This document shows, one piece after another, positions 37,701 to 50,082 of a stretch of DNA of 64,000 nucleotides. The stretch spans positions 29,313,611-29,377,610 of the forward strand of contig OZ316891.1 in assembly GCA_973895155.1 (NCBI GenBank), given 5' to 3'. A model generated the notes under the pieces. The model did no database searches. It had not been told where the DNA came from and saw nothing but the letters and a program-made list of their open reading frames with translations. This stretch comes from Marsupella aquatica. Its lineage: Eukaryota; Plantae; Marchantiophyta. Each line of letters starts with the position of its first letter. Position 1 is the first letter of the stretch. The position numbers were made by a program, and so were the translations under genes.

Positions 37701-38195
37701 CTTAGAGGTGCCAACACGAAACCGTCGTCTCAACATCAATGTCCGAGTTGGGAGTAGCTCCACCATTGGCCGCAGGCCTGCACAGCCACCACAGATGCGT
37801 TCTTTTTAAATGAACCTGCGGTTGACTCGATGTACCTGCCGAATCCCAGCTAGCCTGAGTAATGTGAAGACACTTTTTTCCTCAGAAGACTGAAAATCCA
37901 AATAAACGAACGTCTTCAGTCTGAACAGGTTCAAGGAGCTCGATGCCCAGGCTTATGATCCATGGATATAACTCCGACTGGGGGAAAGTCATTCGTGTTT
38001 CTTGAAAAGTTCTAGTGTTTGAAAATATATGTTAGACTCACCGAGCTTTCCACAAACAGGTGTCAACACTTTGAGGCAGGCGCGAGGCGAGAACCCCACC
38101 CCAAACTTTCTGGGGTTCGAAATTCCATCACGTTGGCTACCTTCAGAGGAGCTGTGCTGTTGTTGCAGCCGAACATGCATAGCAACACTTGTCAT
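34781..38195 (-). CDS. N-acetylmuramoyl-L-alanine amidase-like protein (Amidase_3 fold) with putative plastid transit peptide
   Basis: Exons 38195-38042, 37777-37677, 37335-37312, 37173-37090, 36897-36796 (or -36772), 36578-36429, 36309-36196, 36032-35994, 35635-35567, 35373-35275 and 34924-34781; all GT-AG and in phase, ~360 aa. The C-terminal part ISVIPGHWIDPG..GERDFNMDVANMLEKELMGNGWKV..VLEIHGQ..ELAKDFG..GGVILESFN..LANRILTCI reproduces the Amidase_3 H/E/H/E pattern. The start codon is uncertain. Confidence 0.8.
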
Positions 38196-39716
38196 CAATG
38201 AAATGGGAATCCACTGCCACCACCATCGCGCTTCTGGTCCTGCAATAACGAACAATTTCAGAGAAAGATTCACATTATTCTTTCTGATGGCCAAGATGAC
38301 TTAATAACTCATTGAAAACCCTTTTGCTGTTGAATGTCTCAAATTGGACTGATTGGGCAGTAAGGAAGTTCTCCAGCCCTTCGATGTTCTTCTATTGCAT
38401 TCCCTCCTGACGAAGGTTTCAAGATGCAAAGACTCGTCATGATCTGTTTAAATTGACAGAAGAGGTTAGAGTGCAAAGCCATGGAAGAATTCCCTTCTGC
38501 AAATGCATTGCAACAGACTTTGGATACATGGGACCAGACAGGACCTAGGCCGAAGATATTGGGAAGTGCCGCAGTGTGTGAAATCTTCCACTGCACCTCG
38601 GGGGAAGCCTTCACCTGCGCACCTATCTTCCATCTATACTCCTGCAGTGGGCCAAATGGGTCCATGAGGGAAATGCATCATCTATAGTACAGTTAAGTCT
38701 GAAAGTAGCTTTCGCTTCCCTCCAATGAGACTCTTTACTCCCTACATTTCCCACTTTATCTCTGTCTAGATCCCAGAAACATCGAAGAGAACGAGAATGT
38801 CAATTGATTCAGCGCTTCTTTCTGCCATTCAGCAAACTGAGCAGTCTGTACGTTCAGTCCCGTACACCAATTGGGTTTTCCATCAACTTCAAAATTCATT
38901 CATTCATGCCAATGAACGTTCTTCAGAACAATGAACAGAACGTTCATTCTTTAATCTTCTCTGCTGGCATTCATTCATCAGCTGCCCAAGCTCCGGTCCA
39001 GTTTGTGTTACGACCCAGGTACACGAATATAAAAGTAAAGTGAATCCTAGGTCCCAAACAGCACAGAAAACAGTGCAGGCTTCCGAAAAAAGAACTCGCA
39101 GCATGAGAGACGATGCTTGGAAAACTAGCAAAGAAACAAAAGGTAAGCTAAAGCCAAATTGTATGAAGAGTGCAAAGAATGAATCGAAGGAAGAATGAAT
39201 GGGGAGCACGAACCCGCCGGGAGATGCGGGGGTAGTACGCTGGAGGGCTGTAGTGATGGTAGGGCTTCAAGAAACAGAGGTTGCCAATGCAGGCCTCCTG
39301 ACAATCCTCATCGTCCTCCGCCATAGGATTCGTCTTTCACGCTCTATCACCCAGCCATGTACTGTACATTGTAACACCCTGCCAAACCTGCAAGCCGTGC
39401 TTAACGCTCAATATGGATAAGTACCCAAACTGAGGTCTTGTCTATGGCACTTACGAAGTACCCCAAGTTCACAGTTTACGGTAATTGATGCCACTTCAAG
39501 TAAATGCTACCGAACGAAAACAAGGAATTGGTATTGGACCCAGCAAAATTGGCACATTGACGGTCTGGACAGACAATGCACTGCGTACCATGCAAAACGA
39601 AAGACAACACCAGGCAGTTTGTTGCTTTTACTCTGGCTTTGGAGAGCCGGAGAAGACTGCAAGGGTTCTGGTGTGCCGTCCGGGGTTGAAATCTTCACCT
39701 TTCTCCAAGTCAGCAC

Positions 39717-39903
39717 AGTCCGTCTCAGCCGCTTCACGGATCTTCAGCTCCACTCGCAGGGTCGATTTTAAGGAGTGCATTTCGCTCACTGTATCAATCT
39801 TCACTGTTTCTCCGAGTCAGCACAGCACGTCTCAGCCGCTTCACGGACCTTCAGCTCCACTCGGTGGGTCGATGTTAAGGAGTGCATTTCACTCACTGTA
39901 TCA
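39717..39903. repeat. ~108-bp imperfect tandem duplication
   Basis: 'cgtctcagccgcttcacgga.cttcagctccactcg..gggtcgat.ttaaggagtgcatttc.ctcactgtatca' occurs twice. Confidence 0.8.
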
Positions 39904-40390
39904 TTGTCTATCTGGTAATCAAATCAACCAATTGAACATGTGCTTCTTCAATACGAAAGTCAATTTAACAATGGAGGGTACCTAGAGTAAAAATGCAACG
40001 AACATGGAGAGCAGTGTCTTGAATGTGGAATCAAGTACAGGAGAATTTGATCGAGCGTGTCTTTGAAATTGCAAAACGACGTCAACAAGCAGGGCAGTGC
40101 TGTATGCATCACAAGGTGCATGTATGAGCACCTTTTCCGAGTCAAAGTTTCGCCACAGAGCGACGATTTCAGACGCACTCTTGTGGTTCAGAGCAGGCAT
40201 AGGCATAGTGTGGCTGCGAGCTATGGCGTCGAGAGACTGACATCGAAAATGGAGGTTCCACCTCGGGTATGATCATTTGTGACACCAGAGTACCAGACAA
40301 TATGTGTGATAAAGTTTTTGAATTTGTTTTTGAAAATACATCTTTTAATTACTTTGTCATGCTCATCCTCATCCCTCGAACATGTTTTAT

Positions 40391-40575
40391 TTTTTTGTCT
40401 TGATCCGAAAGTAAATAAAATATGAGAGCATGGAAGGGTTTTGTCTTGATCTGAAAGTAAATAAAATATGAGACCATGGAATTATTTTTTGTCTTGATCC
40501 AAAAGTAAATAAAATATGAGAGCATGGAAGGGTTTTGTCTTGATCTGAAAGTAAATAAAATATGAGAGCATGGAA
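40391..40575. repeat. ~46-bp tandem repeat, 4 copies (two alternating variants)
   Basis: 'ttttgtcttgatc.gaaagtaaataaaatatgagagcatggaa' repeated. Confidence 0.88.
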
Positions 40576-41952
40576 GTGTTGTTATATAAGTAAAGTGTCT
40601 GCCAAGAAGCCAAGAAAAGCACAGTGACCAAGAAAAGGTACAGTCAAACTAGCTACAATGTGTGCACTTAACTCAGGGAGTCAAACTAGCTACAATGTGT
40701 GCACTTAACTCAGGGTGTCTTAGGAGGACTTTACAAGAAGTGGGGGGCACTTGGGAATTTTTTTTACCAAAGCAAACTGGAGGGCCATTGCACACACTAA
40801 ATATAGTGTCCCGAGGCTAAAAGCATTTTTTGAAACCTTTTATTGCCCCCAAGGTCTTGTAAAGCCAAGTGCAGCCAATGGTGCCAGATTAATTGACTAA
40901 AAGACAGATTGAGGACCCACTCCACCTGAATGTCACGTAATCTTTGGCTAAAGTCTTTGTAAATGTGAGAAGAGAATATCTTATGAAGGACTTGTGGGTC
41001 CCTTTTTATTACAAATGACTTAAAATAGAAATGGACCAAGCGGCCAGAAGAAGAGACCACCAAGAGAGGTGGTCTAAAATCTAGGACAAAAGAGTGCTCC
41101 ACATAAGCAAAAATTGGGCCCCACTACATTCCATGTAGGGTTGGTAACAGGTTCGGTTGAAAGTGCCCCCAAGGTTTTGTAAAGTGAACAGCAGCAATTT
41201 CTCTCAAATGGATGGCCTTGATCAGATCTTGGACACCAACAAAATGTGGAAACTGCCCCCAACGTCTTGTAAAGCCACCCTTATGAATGACACTCCTTTC
41301 AATAAAAACCATAAACCTAGGAAAAACTAGCTACAATGTGTGCACTTAACTCAGGGTGTCTTATGAATGACACTCCTTTCAATAAAAACCATAAACCTAG
41401 GAAAGAAAAACATGAGGAGAACTTAAGAGGCCATGCATTCATGTTCTTCAACATCATTTCTCTCACTCTTGGTGGTGTAACCTGTTTTTTTTTCATCTCT
41501 AAGAAAACACATACTGTGCAAGGGGGCCAAAATAAGTTCAAAACACTCTAGAATACCTACAACTAAAGGGGTATAATAATTAATTAAAAATGTATAAAAT
41601 ACAAAGGCTGCCCCTTGATAAGGCAGATTGAAATGAAAATACATGACACAAATCTGAATAAGACAAAATCTGAAATGTGCATTCACCATATAGCAGCTTC
41701 AAAAATGTTTTGTCACTAACTATGTTCTAATTGATAATTCTTTCACTTTTTAGTTTTTTTAAATGACGCAGTTCAGTAGTTTAGTATATGGATGACAAGT
41801 TTCCCAAGGTGAAAAATGTGACATTTTTGTAAATAAAGACATAGTGGAAATTCAAACATCTTTAGTGACAATGTACTTAAAATCTATTTGAAAAGAAGAA
41901 GAAAAAATTGTTTGCTTGACACTATGTTGCAAATGAGATTTTCATATTGCTA

Positions 41953-43136
41953 CAGTAGTCCCCCAAACATAGTGCCCAGGCATTTTGTTCAAAATTGAAA
42001 AACTTGTGGGTCTTGTGACAAAAAACGTATTTGAACTTGAACACTACATCTTCTTAGCACAACATGCCTTTTGTTTGAATATTGACATTGTGTCCAAGTT
42101 GGACATAGTGTTTGAGTTTTGATCTTGAATTGTTTTACATTGAACACAAACAATAAAAATGTATGAATCATATGACAATGTGAACATTCAAACACAAAGC
42201 CAATATTTGAACCCCGCATTCCAACACTAACACCAATTTAGTACACAATACCCTTTAAATAAAAACATGAAAACACATAGTCAAAACTCAATTAGTTTGA
42301 GTACCCCTGGGTTGTGTAAGCTTGTTTTATTGAACTCTTTGGAATTACGGAGAGTTGCATATTTGGAATAGATGGATGAGAGGACAAAGATTAAATGGAG
42401 GATTCTAAAGTAAATGAAATTTAAAGTTAGTTAGGATAATTTCATTGAAGACAAATATGAGTATATTCATGGTAATGCAGAGGGTAACTCTCCATGTCTA
42501 TAAAGTACATGCAACATTCCATATAGTTCATGCAAAATATTACTTTGTCCATAGTAGTTGAAAGGTCTTAGAGTCCCTTGGTATAATTCCTCTACCCATA
42601 GTACTAGTCATGGTGTTTCTTACCTTTGCTTGTTATCCCTCTATCCAAAGTAACCAAAATGTTTCTTAAGTTATCCTTGGTAAATGTTAGAGAAGTTGAA
42701 AAGTTTATTGGGTTTCTTATATTACCTTGATAAATGTTAGAGTAGTTGACGGGTTTATCTTTACTTGTCATTATTTCAAAACTGTATAAATTATTTAGAA
42801 AATTGAAACTGATTACCAGAAAACATTGATATATCAATCACAAATCATCAAAGACTATTTTCTTTCACCCCTATTTTACCCTTTTCTTTGTTTAATTGAA
42901 ATGTTTTTACTGTTATAGGGTCTCGCTGTTTTTCTTTGTTTTGCCTCAAATACGAATATTCAAATTTGGTTCTTCTTAGGTAAGTAACTGTTCTTCTTTG
43001 TGACAAATGATGTTCATATAGTTGCACTTACATCCAAGAATTTTGGAAGAAACGTCTCATGGGGGTATGTAAATACAACGCCCCCTGGTCCACTATTCGA
43101 ATACAAGGCCATGGCATTGTGTTTGGGGGACGGTGG
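41953..43136. mobile_element. Mariner/pogo-type MITE related to 14598-15009, carrying a ~780-bp secondary insertion
   Basis: TA|cagtagtcccccaaacatagtgcc ... ggcattgtgtttgggggacggtgg|TA. Internal sequence is collinear with the 14.6-kb copy except for extra DNA at ~42290-43070. Confidence 0.6.
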
Positions 43137-43894
43137 TAATGCATGAGGCTATCAATATTTTTTGTGTTTTAAATTATTCTGGAAAATGAAATTTTAAATG
43201 ATATATTTTCAGATTGTCTTTTTTCTGGTAAGAATTAAAACTTGGTATAAGTAACTAATCATGTTTGTTGTTTGTTGTGATGGTGAAAATATTCTTCCAC
43301 GTCCAACCCAGGTAGATTGATCTTTGTATATTGCATCAGGCATTAGCAATATGAAAACCTCACTTGCTAATAACATTCTCCTCGCTATCAAATTTTCTAT
43401 TTTCTTGCATCATACACTGCCTATTTCTTTGTGGCAAGCAACGAGGTGTTCTAAGTTATATGATGCAAGGCAATAGGAATTTAAATAGCGAGTAGAATGT
43501 TATTAGCAAGTCACTACTGCTTTTTAGTTCTTTTATGTTTTGCTCAATATTTTGAGTGCATTTCTAAGAGTCCAGATGGCTAGCTATTTAATTTGCTAGC
43601 CAAAAGAAGAATCCAAAAAATGGATTGGCTTTGGCTGCTTGATTTTCATTAACACTTCTCTTTTCAAGAATGACTAAGACTCAATGTTTGTCTATCCCTT
43701 CCTCATATTTTACTTCTATGTTAGTGAATATTGTAAAGTAAACTTTAATCAAGGACAACATGTACACTTGCAACATTCATTAAACGCACACCTAGTACAC
43801 ACAAAAGACATGTGTTTCACTTTTTTAAACACTACATCATGAGGAGAACATAAAATACAACAACATCATAATTTTCCAAGATGTTTTGAGCATG

Positions 43895-44112
43895 CAGTTG
43901 CACCAAAGTAATTAGGTATTAAAATTGACTTTGATATGCAGTAGCAGGTGCACAAAAGTAATTAGTCATTAAAATTGACTTTGATATCCAGTATCAGGCG
44001 CACAAATGTAATCAGCCAAAAATTAACATTGATATTCAGTATCAGTTGCACAAAAGTAATTAGTTATCAAAACTAACTTTGATATTCAGTACCAGTTTCA
44101 CAAAAGTAATTA
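43895..44112. repeat. ~48-bp tandem repeat, 4-5 copies
   Basis: 'cagttgcacaaaagtaattag...aaaattgactttgatat.cagta' repeated. Confidence 0.82.
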
Positions 44113-45480
44113 AAATTTTAATTTTTGGCCCATTGGAAATGGAACCTCGGATGATGTAGCTATGGCGTCAATCTCATTGTCCCCACGAGTGTTCAGCCCT
44201 CAGTTCGACAGCAATTCAATCCGCACCTTCGCCATCGAGAATTCTGGGAGAACAAATTTTCAATTCCGGCAATCACATCAAAACCAAGCTCGAGGAATCA
44301 GCCTGAAATTGCCGGTCTCATGTCCTCGTGAAACCAAAGGAGTCAGAGCTAATTTCGATCAGTTTGGAGCTTTTCTGCTGTTCCGACTGATCTGCAATGT
44401 AGCTCGACACATGACGAGACTTTGACGAAGAGCCTCACAATTTGGTGTCATGTTCATTCTTGAGAGCACAATTATTTTCGGAGGTTTTCTGTCGACCGGA
44501 AGTGTCTCGAAGCAGCAGCTGTGTGCGATGGATCGGAAAACGAGAGGAGTGACGAGAAAAAGCTACAGGACCCTTTTTTTGCCAAGATGCTCATCCGGCC
44601 GTGGAGACCGGAACACGAAACCCTGCGACAGAAAGCATAACGTGTCCCGTGCCAAGAGGACGAGCTCGACTCGCTTCGTCAGCGACCTTACTTGGCGCGG
44701 CCGTGCTTGAAGATCGCAGCCCCGCGACCATTGATTGCCATTCGACTCGCAGTATCAAGATTGCAATGAGCTGCAACGGATTTCACCTCCTCCCCTGCTC
44801 GCAGCAACACTCTCAGAGCCGGCGGTAGACTCCGGAGCTTTCCACGTAAATAAGAGGGGCTGTCGCAATTGGTAACCTTTCTTCCCATCTAGCCATTTGC
44901 GTCGGCCTTGCGCCTCCTCCGCTGGATTTGTGGACTGTCTCGCGGATAATTGAAGAAATTTGGTCCCGCTAGAGTCTCTTCGGCTATATTCAAAATTGGT
45001 CCCATGAGAGTTTTCTTCGGCCATTCTTTTACTAGTATTGGGTCTCGGATGATCGTTAGTTTGCCATTTAAGCAAGTTTGTGTTCCTCCCGTCCCGCTTT
45101 GCTGCCCCTCGCGATCATCGTTTAGGCTACAGTTCTTTTCTTGTTACTCAAAGTCAGACAATGAGGGTAGGATTTGAGCTATCTGCTCATCGTTGGGTAC
45201 CCGACGAGCCTGTTCTTTCTTTGGTCCAATTTTGTTGCCACGAGCTTTCGCAGTACCACATTTGGAGGACTGAGCTCGAGGCATCGTGTCGTCCGTTTTC
45301 ATAAGTTTTCTGTGCATGCTGGTGATCTTTTTCTTGGAAGTGGAGGTTCTGAGAGGCTAAACGAAGCAATTCAAGCGCGTCCACCCTTCCAATCATCTTA
45401 CTCTGACCTCACGTTGCTGTAGAGGCGCTCAGAAAGTGGATTTTGCTATATCTGCGTATCGCTGACAAGTCAGCGAAGCC

Positions 45481-48400
45481 ATGGGGAAAAGAAGACTGGT
45501 AGAAGTCGGAGACGACGACGAGATGAAAGTGTCCGAAATCGGGAGCGAAGACGAGCAGCCAGTCGAAGTTAGGCCATTAGGAGAAGTGATCAAACGCTCA
45601 AATAAAGGGAAAGCTGAACGCCGGCATTATGCAGCAGTTGAGTTGGACGGTGTTCGCTATGACCTGGTATGTCACTCTAACTTCTGGACGCTTCTGATTC
45701 GCTCGCTCGCTCGCTCAACCCTCGTAACTTTAGGGCGTGACGTAAAATGAAGTCGAACTTTTCAGTTCCCAAGTCTTGCTACCATGTGGCTTAATCAAAA
45801 CCAAATGCAATTTGAATGAACGCGCTGATTTCCGAGAGAAAATTAGTCAGGAAGCGAATTGTAAGTTTACAGGCTCCTCAAGGCCAAGGGACAGAGAGAT
45901 GAACGAAGGACAAGTCATGGGACGCTAGTGCTTAGTGAGGAATGAAAGAGAACATCATTGTGTGAGAGACGATGGCTGAGGGAGAATAAACCAATGATAA
46001 AATGCATGAATAATCGCGAGAAAGTGGACGCAAGAGGGAGACTGAATGGATGAGTGAGCAGGTATGAACGGAAAATGAACCATGCGGGAGGATGCTTACA
46101 TCACTGTGAGAGAATGGATGAAAGATCATGAACGAGTGGCCTTTACAGCTTACTGGCCCTTGCTTGGACACGGGTTGAGATTTAAGACAAGAGACAGGGA
46201 CAAGAAAAGATGTGAAATAGAGAAAAGAGAGGTGGGAGCATAATGCAAGAGTGAGTCAAGACTGTTAAATACACGGATACCCTGATAACAGACAAATGTG
46301 CGAAAACAGGTTCTTACACTTTGATGAAATGAAGAGCTCTAGTGTTGCCTTCAGGAGTTATTTAACGAAGCGACCAGTCGATTTCTGGTCTTGTTGCATT
46401 GATTGATTTTGTATCTGGAAAGATCTACTTGTAGACTTTCTTGGAAATTGCACTGCAATACTCAGCATCGTTCCTAAATCATTCGTCACAGTGTTTGCGA
46501 AGCTTTCATGTAGATCTGACATTCATGTCTTCAGAGGACTACACACACACGCACACACACACACACACACAATATGAAGGTTAACGATTCCCCTGCGGAC
46601 AGAGGAAGGAATCAAACCGGTTCAAGAGAGTAGTGGACAGGTTAACAATTATCGTGGTACTGCAGGAGGATGCGGTGCTTGTAGCCCCGGAACAACGAGG
46701 AGAAAAACCATATGTTGCCATCATTAAGGTTAGTATTCACTATCGACTATGTGCATTCCCAACCGTTAGCTTCTCTGTCCTCTGTCGAGATTCAGAGCAA
46801 ACGCTTGTCACTTCGTGTATTGCTACCCGTCTGAACACTCAAAGTTCGCTATTTGGGCCCTGATGCATGGATCAAGGAAATCATTCTTACGATACCGTCG
46901 TTTGAGCACGCGCCCGCTCAGCTGGTTGAAGTCCTAATAGCAATGAAATCTTGTCAAGATGGAAGAAATATGCATTTGGAAGCGTGATGGGCTGATTAGG
47001 CTTTCTTTCACCTAGCTCAATGTTCTTGTCTCTGTGTACACCTCACAGGAGATCAAACAGTCAAAGGATAATTCCGTTGCAGTCACAGGTCAGTGGTTCT
47101 ATCGGCCGGAGGAGGCAGACAAGAAAGGAGGCGGTTCATGGACATCGTTCGACTCTCGTGAGCTCTTCTATAGTTTTCACAGAGATGAAGTTCCAGCTGA
47201 ATCGGTCATGCACAAATGCGTCGTCCATTTTATTCCACCACAAAAGCAGCCCCCGGTTCGAACAAAGCATCCGGGTTTCATAATTCGTCAGGTTTACGAC
47301 ACTGTTGAAAAGAAATTGTGGAAGTTGACGGACAAGGATTACGAAGACTCCAAGCAGAAGGAAATAGACTTGCTTGTTCAGAAAACCCGGGAAGCGTTGG
47401 GGGAACTTCCGGACATCGACCCCGTAGAAATCGTTAACACCAATGATGCCGAGGAGGCTGACAAGAACAGGCGACAAGGGCGCAGAAGAGCTGTTCCCCC
47501 AATTAATGTCACTAGAGATGACTTAAGTGATACTATGGCTAAAGTAGACCCTCCACCAAGTACGAAGGGCGATACGCCTTCCACCCCGGGAAGTGGGTTT
47601 CCTTCGGACGTCATGGACCTCCTTCGTGCTCATAATGCGCTAACTGGGCAGACAGCTCGAGACAGATGGCTGGAAAAGATTGTAGGAACTCTGAAGTCTG
47701 TTTTGGATTCCGACGACAAGAAGCCATCGGAAGTGGGCGAGGCTGGTGGCAGCGTGCAGCAAGAGCCAACGTCTACATTACCCTCAAATGTTGAATCCGG
47801 GACTTTAGCGGGCAACGACGGAGATGGAATGCGGAAAGGAAACGAAAATGTGGTATTTTCACACAACTCAGCCTTTTGGACCGATTATTTGCAACTTGTT
47901 TGCTTCCACAACTGTATGTCCTCTCATTCAGCTGACGAAATTGCTTTCTGTTTCGGAGGCATTAGTCAAATTGGTATGAACACGGTGTTCGTAAAGCGTT
48001 CTTTTCCGTCCCAGTTTAAACTCTTATTTTCAAACCAGTGCAATATGTCAGCGCAGTTCTACTTTCATGGGACTCGTCGGTTCGGGTCTCTTGTATGGTT
48101 TTTTTCTACACTTCTATTTTTTATTTCATTTCCTTGGTTTGTCCGTGGTGTATCCTTTCCTTCAAGGCAGGCTGTTTACTTAATTGTACTCCGTGAGTCT
48201 CATCAAATCGAAGATTGTAACAGTTAAATAAAGGGATGGCCGGGAGACTGACTTAAACTACTCAAAGTGCCCTATACTTACCTGTAGGTTTTTAACTTGA
48301 ACCTGATAGTAGCCGTGAATTCTTTAATATTGTTTGCGACCCAAGATGATGAAGGCCTGACTGATTGACCTGAATGTGACAAAGTGGCCCGAATCAGCAA

Positions 48401-50082
48401 TCTCTGCTGGAAGTGCGTTGGAAAAGGTAGCACATGAATTCAATGGTTCCGATGTGCACAAGTACAACTTGAAGATGCGCCAGTTGGATTTCAACCTGAA
48501 GGTAATACTTCTCTGACTGCTTTTGTTGCTCTGTCCAGTCATGGATATCATCTGAACGAGTGTGAAAATTTTCGATCAAAAGTTGTAGTCTTGCCTGGTG
48601 TAACGTAGCCAAGGGAAGTACAGTTTGACATTTTTTATCACTCGCATGTCCCATAGTTCATATAGATCTAGGTCTTCAATATTTTTGTGAAAGTGGAATT
48701 TTAGTCTCATTCATGCACGTAATCTGCTTTGACAGAAGAGCCCTATGCTAGCACATCGGCTGTTGAGCAAAGACTTGGAGCCGGCCACAGTTCTCCATAT
48801 GACTCCTGTGGAGTTGAAGGTACCCAGTTCTGTGGATCAAGTCACCACACCTACCTTCGTCGAGGTTGTTATTTGTAAGTTAGATTTTGCTGATGGTGCG
48901 AGGTTCCTCGGTTCCTTTTCTTCTGTTACGAGTGCAAGATGAAAGTTGCGGTAATTTGGGAGCGTAGGAATATTAGAACTGTAACCGTGTACTTGACGTA
49001 CCTCTTCAAAAAGGATTTTTGGTCTTTTCCACGCTTCTATATGTTCCTGTCATCTGGAACACCGCTGGACTTGATTGTAGGAGCATGTGCGGTACAACTG
49101 TGGGAACCTCAGCAATTAGTCATGCAAGAACGTAAAAATATGCAATGCGTGCTTGCAGGATGGATTTACAGCAGCGGAGAAGGAAGCCAGAGAGCCTCCT
49201 GAGTTGGAGACTTTGCAGGTAACTCAGAAGTCCGTGCCATTCGATTTCCTTCTCAAATGTCGTCAATTTATGAGTCGGGTCTATTTGTAAGAAGGTTCAT
49301 CTAATGGGCTTCTTTCATCTAAATAGATGACAGATGCTCGTTGTAAGATTTGCGGTGAGAGAGCAGTTGGCGTGAAAGACATCATACAGGTCGGTTATGG
49401 TGATCGATACCAGGTACGTTCCGATCAGCACTTACGAATGATATATCTATCAGGGAACGAATCCTAATATTTTGCCAGTAGCAGCATCCGTTGGTCCTCG
49501 TTTCAAGTTGGCTGACGTGTTAAATTTTCGGCAATATTTTTGATGGTTTAGACGATCAGGTCCTTTCAACTCCCATTCCCCGATGCTTATTCTTCTATTG
49601 GTCGTGTCGTGTGATCTGTAAACCAGCTTGAGTGCCTGAAGTGTGGAACCTCGTGGTATGCATCACGAGACTCGGTATCTGCTGTAACAACGGAAGACCA
49701 AGTTAATGCCAGTCCTGCAGTTGGACTTGCTCCATGGGCCACATCAAAATTCGAGGAAGTAGAGAAGGAACTCCAAAGCCCGCGAGAATCTGAAAGGGCC
49801 CCAGGGGTTCACGAAAGCTTGTCTTCTTTACAAACAGTACCTGAAGGGGTGGAAGAGACCCACGCACCCGAGTCACATTATGCCGAAGTTGAGAGGATGC
49901 TCACAGAGCCCATCAACTTGTCAGGACCAGGTTTAACTGTACATGACCAAACTAAGCTGGAGGATGGGGAACCAACTGGTGTGGATGAGACGAAGAACGA
50001 CAATGTCCTCCCTAAACTCGCTCAGACCAGTGTTGCTGAGGACGAAGAGTTGCCCAATGTCACTTCTCTACAAACAGGGTAA
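45481..50082 (+). CDS. AIPP3: BAH + TFIIS-M + C-terminal zinc-ribbon protein (AIPP3/BDT1-like H3K27me3 reader)
   Basis: Exons 45481-45666, 46666-46728, 47049-47852, 48385-48501, 48736-48819, 49159-49218, 49327-49413 and 49627-50082. Motifs: BAH EKPYVAIIK/..VTGQWFYRPEEA..ELFYSFHRDEVPAESVMHKCVVHF; HNALTGQTARDRWLEK; KYNLKMRQLDFNLK; MTDARCKIC...DRYQ/LECLKCGTSWY. Confidence 0.92.
46541..46570. repeat. (CA)n microsatellite in AIPP3 intron 1
   Basis: acacacacacgcacacacacacacacacac. Confidence 0.9.

Noticed and set aside
44162-45422. Cluster of short overlapping ORFs upstream of AIPP3
   Set aside because: Consistent with a GC-richer promoter/5' UTR; no coherent protein.
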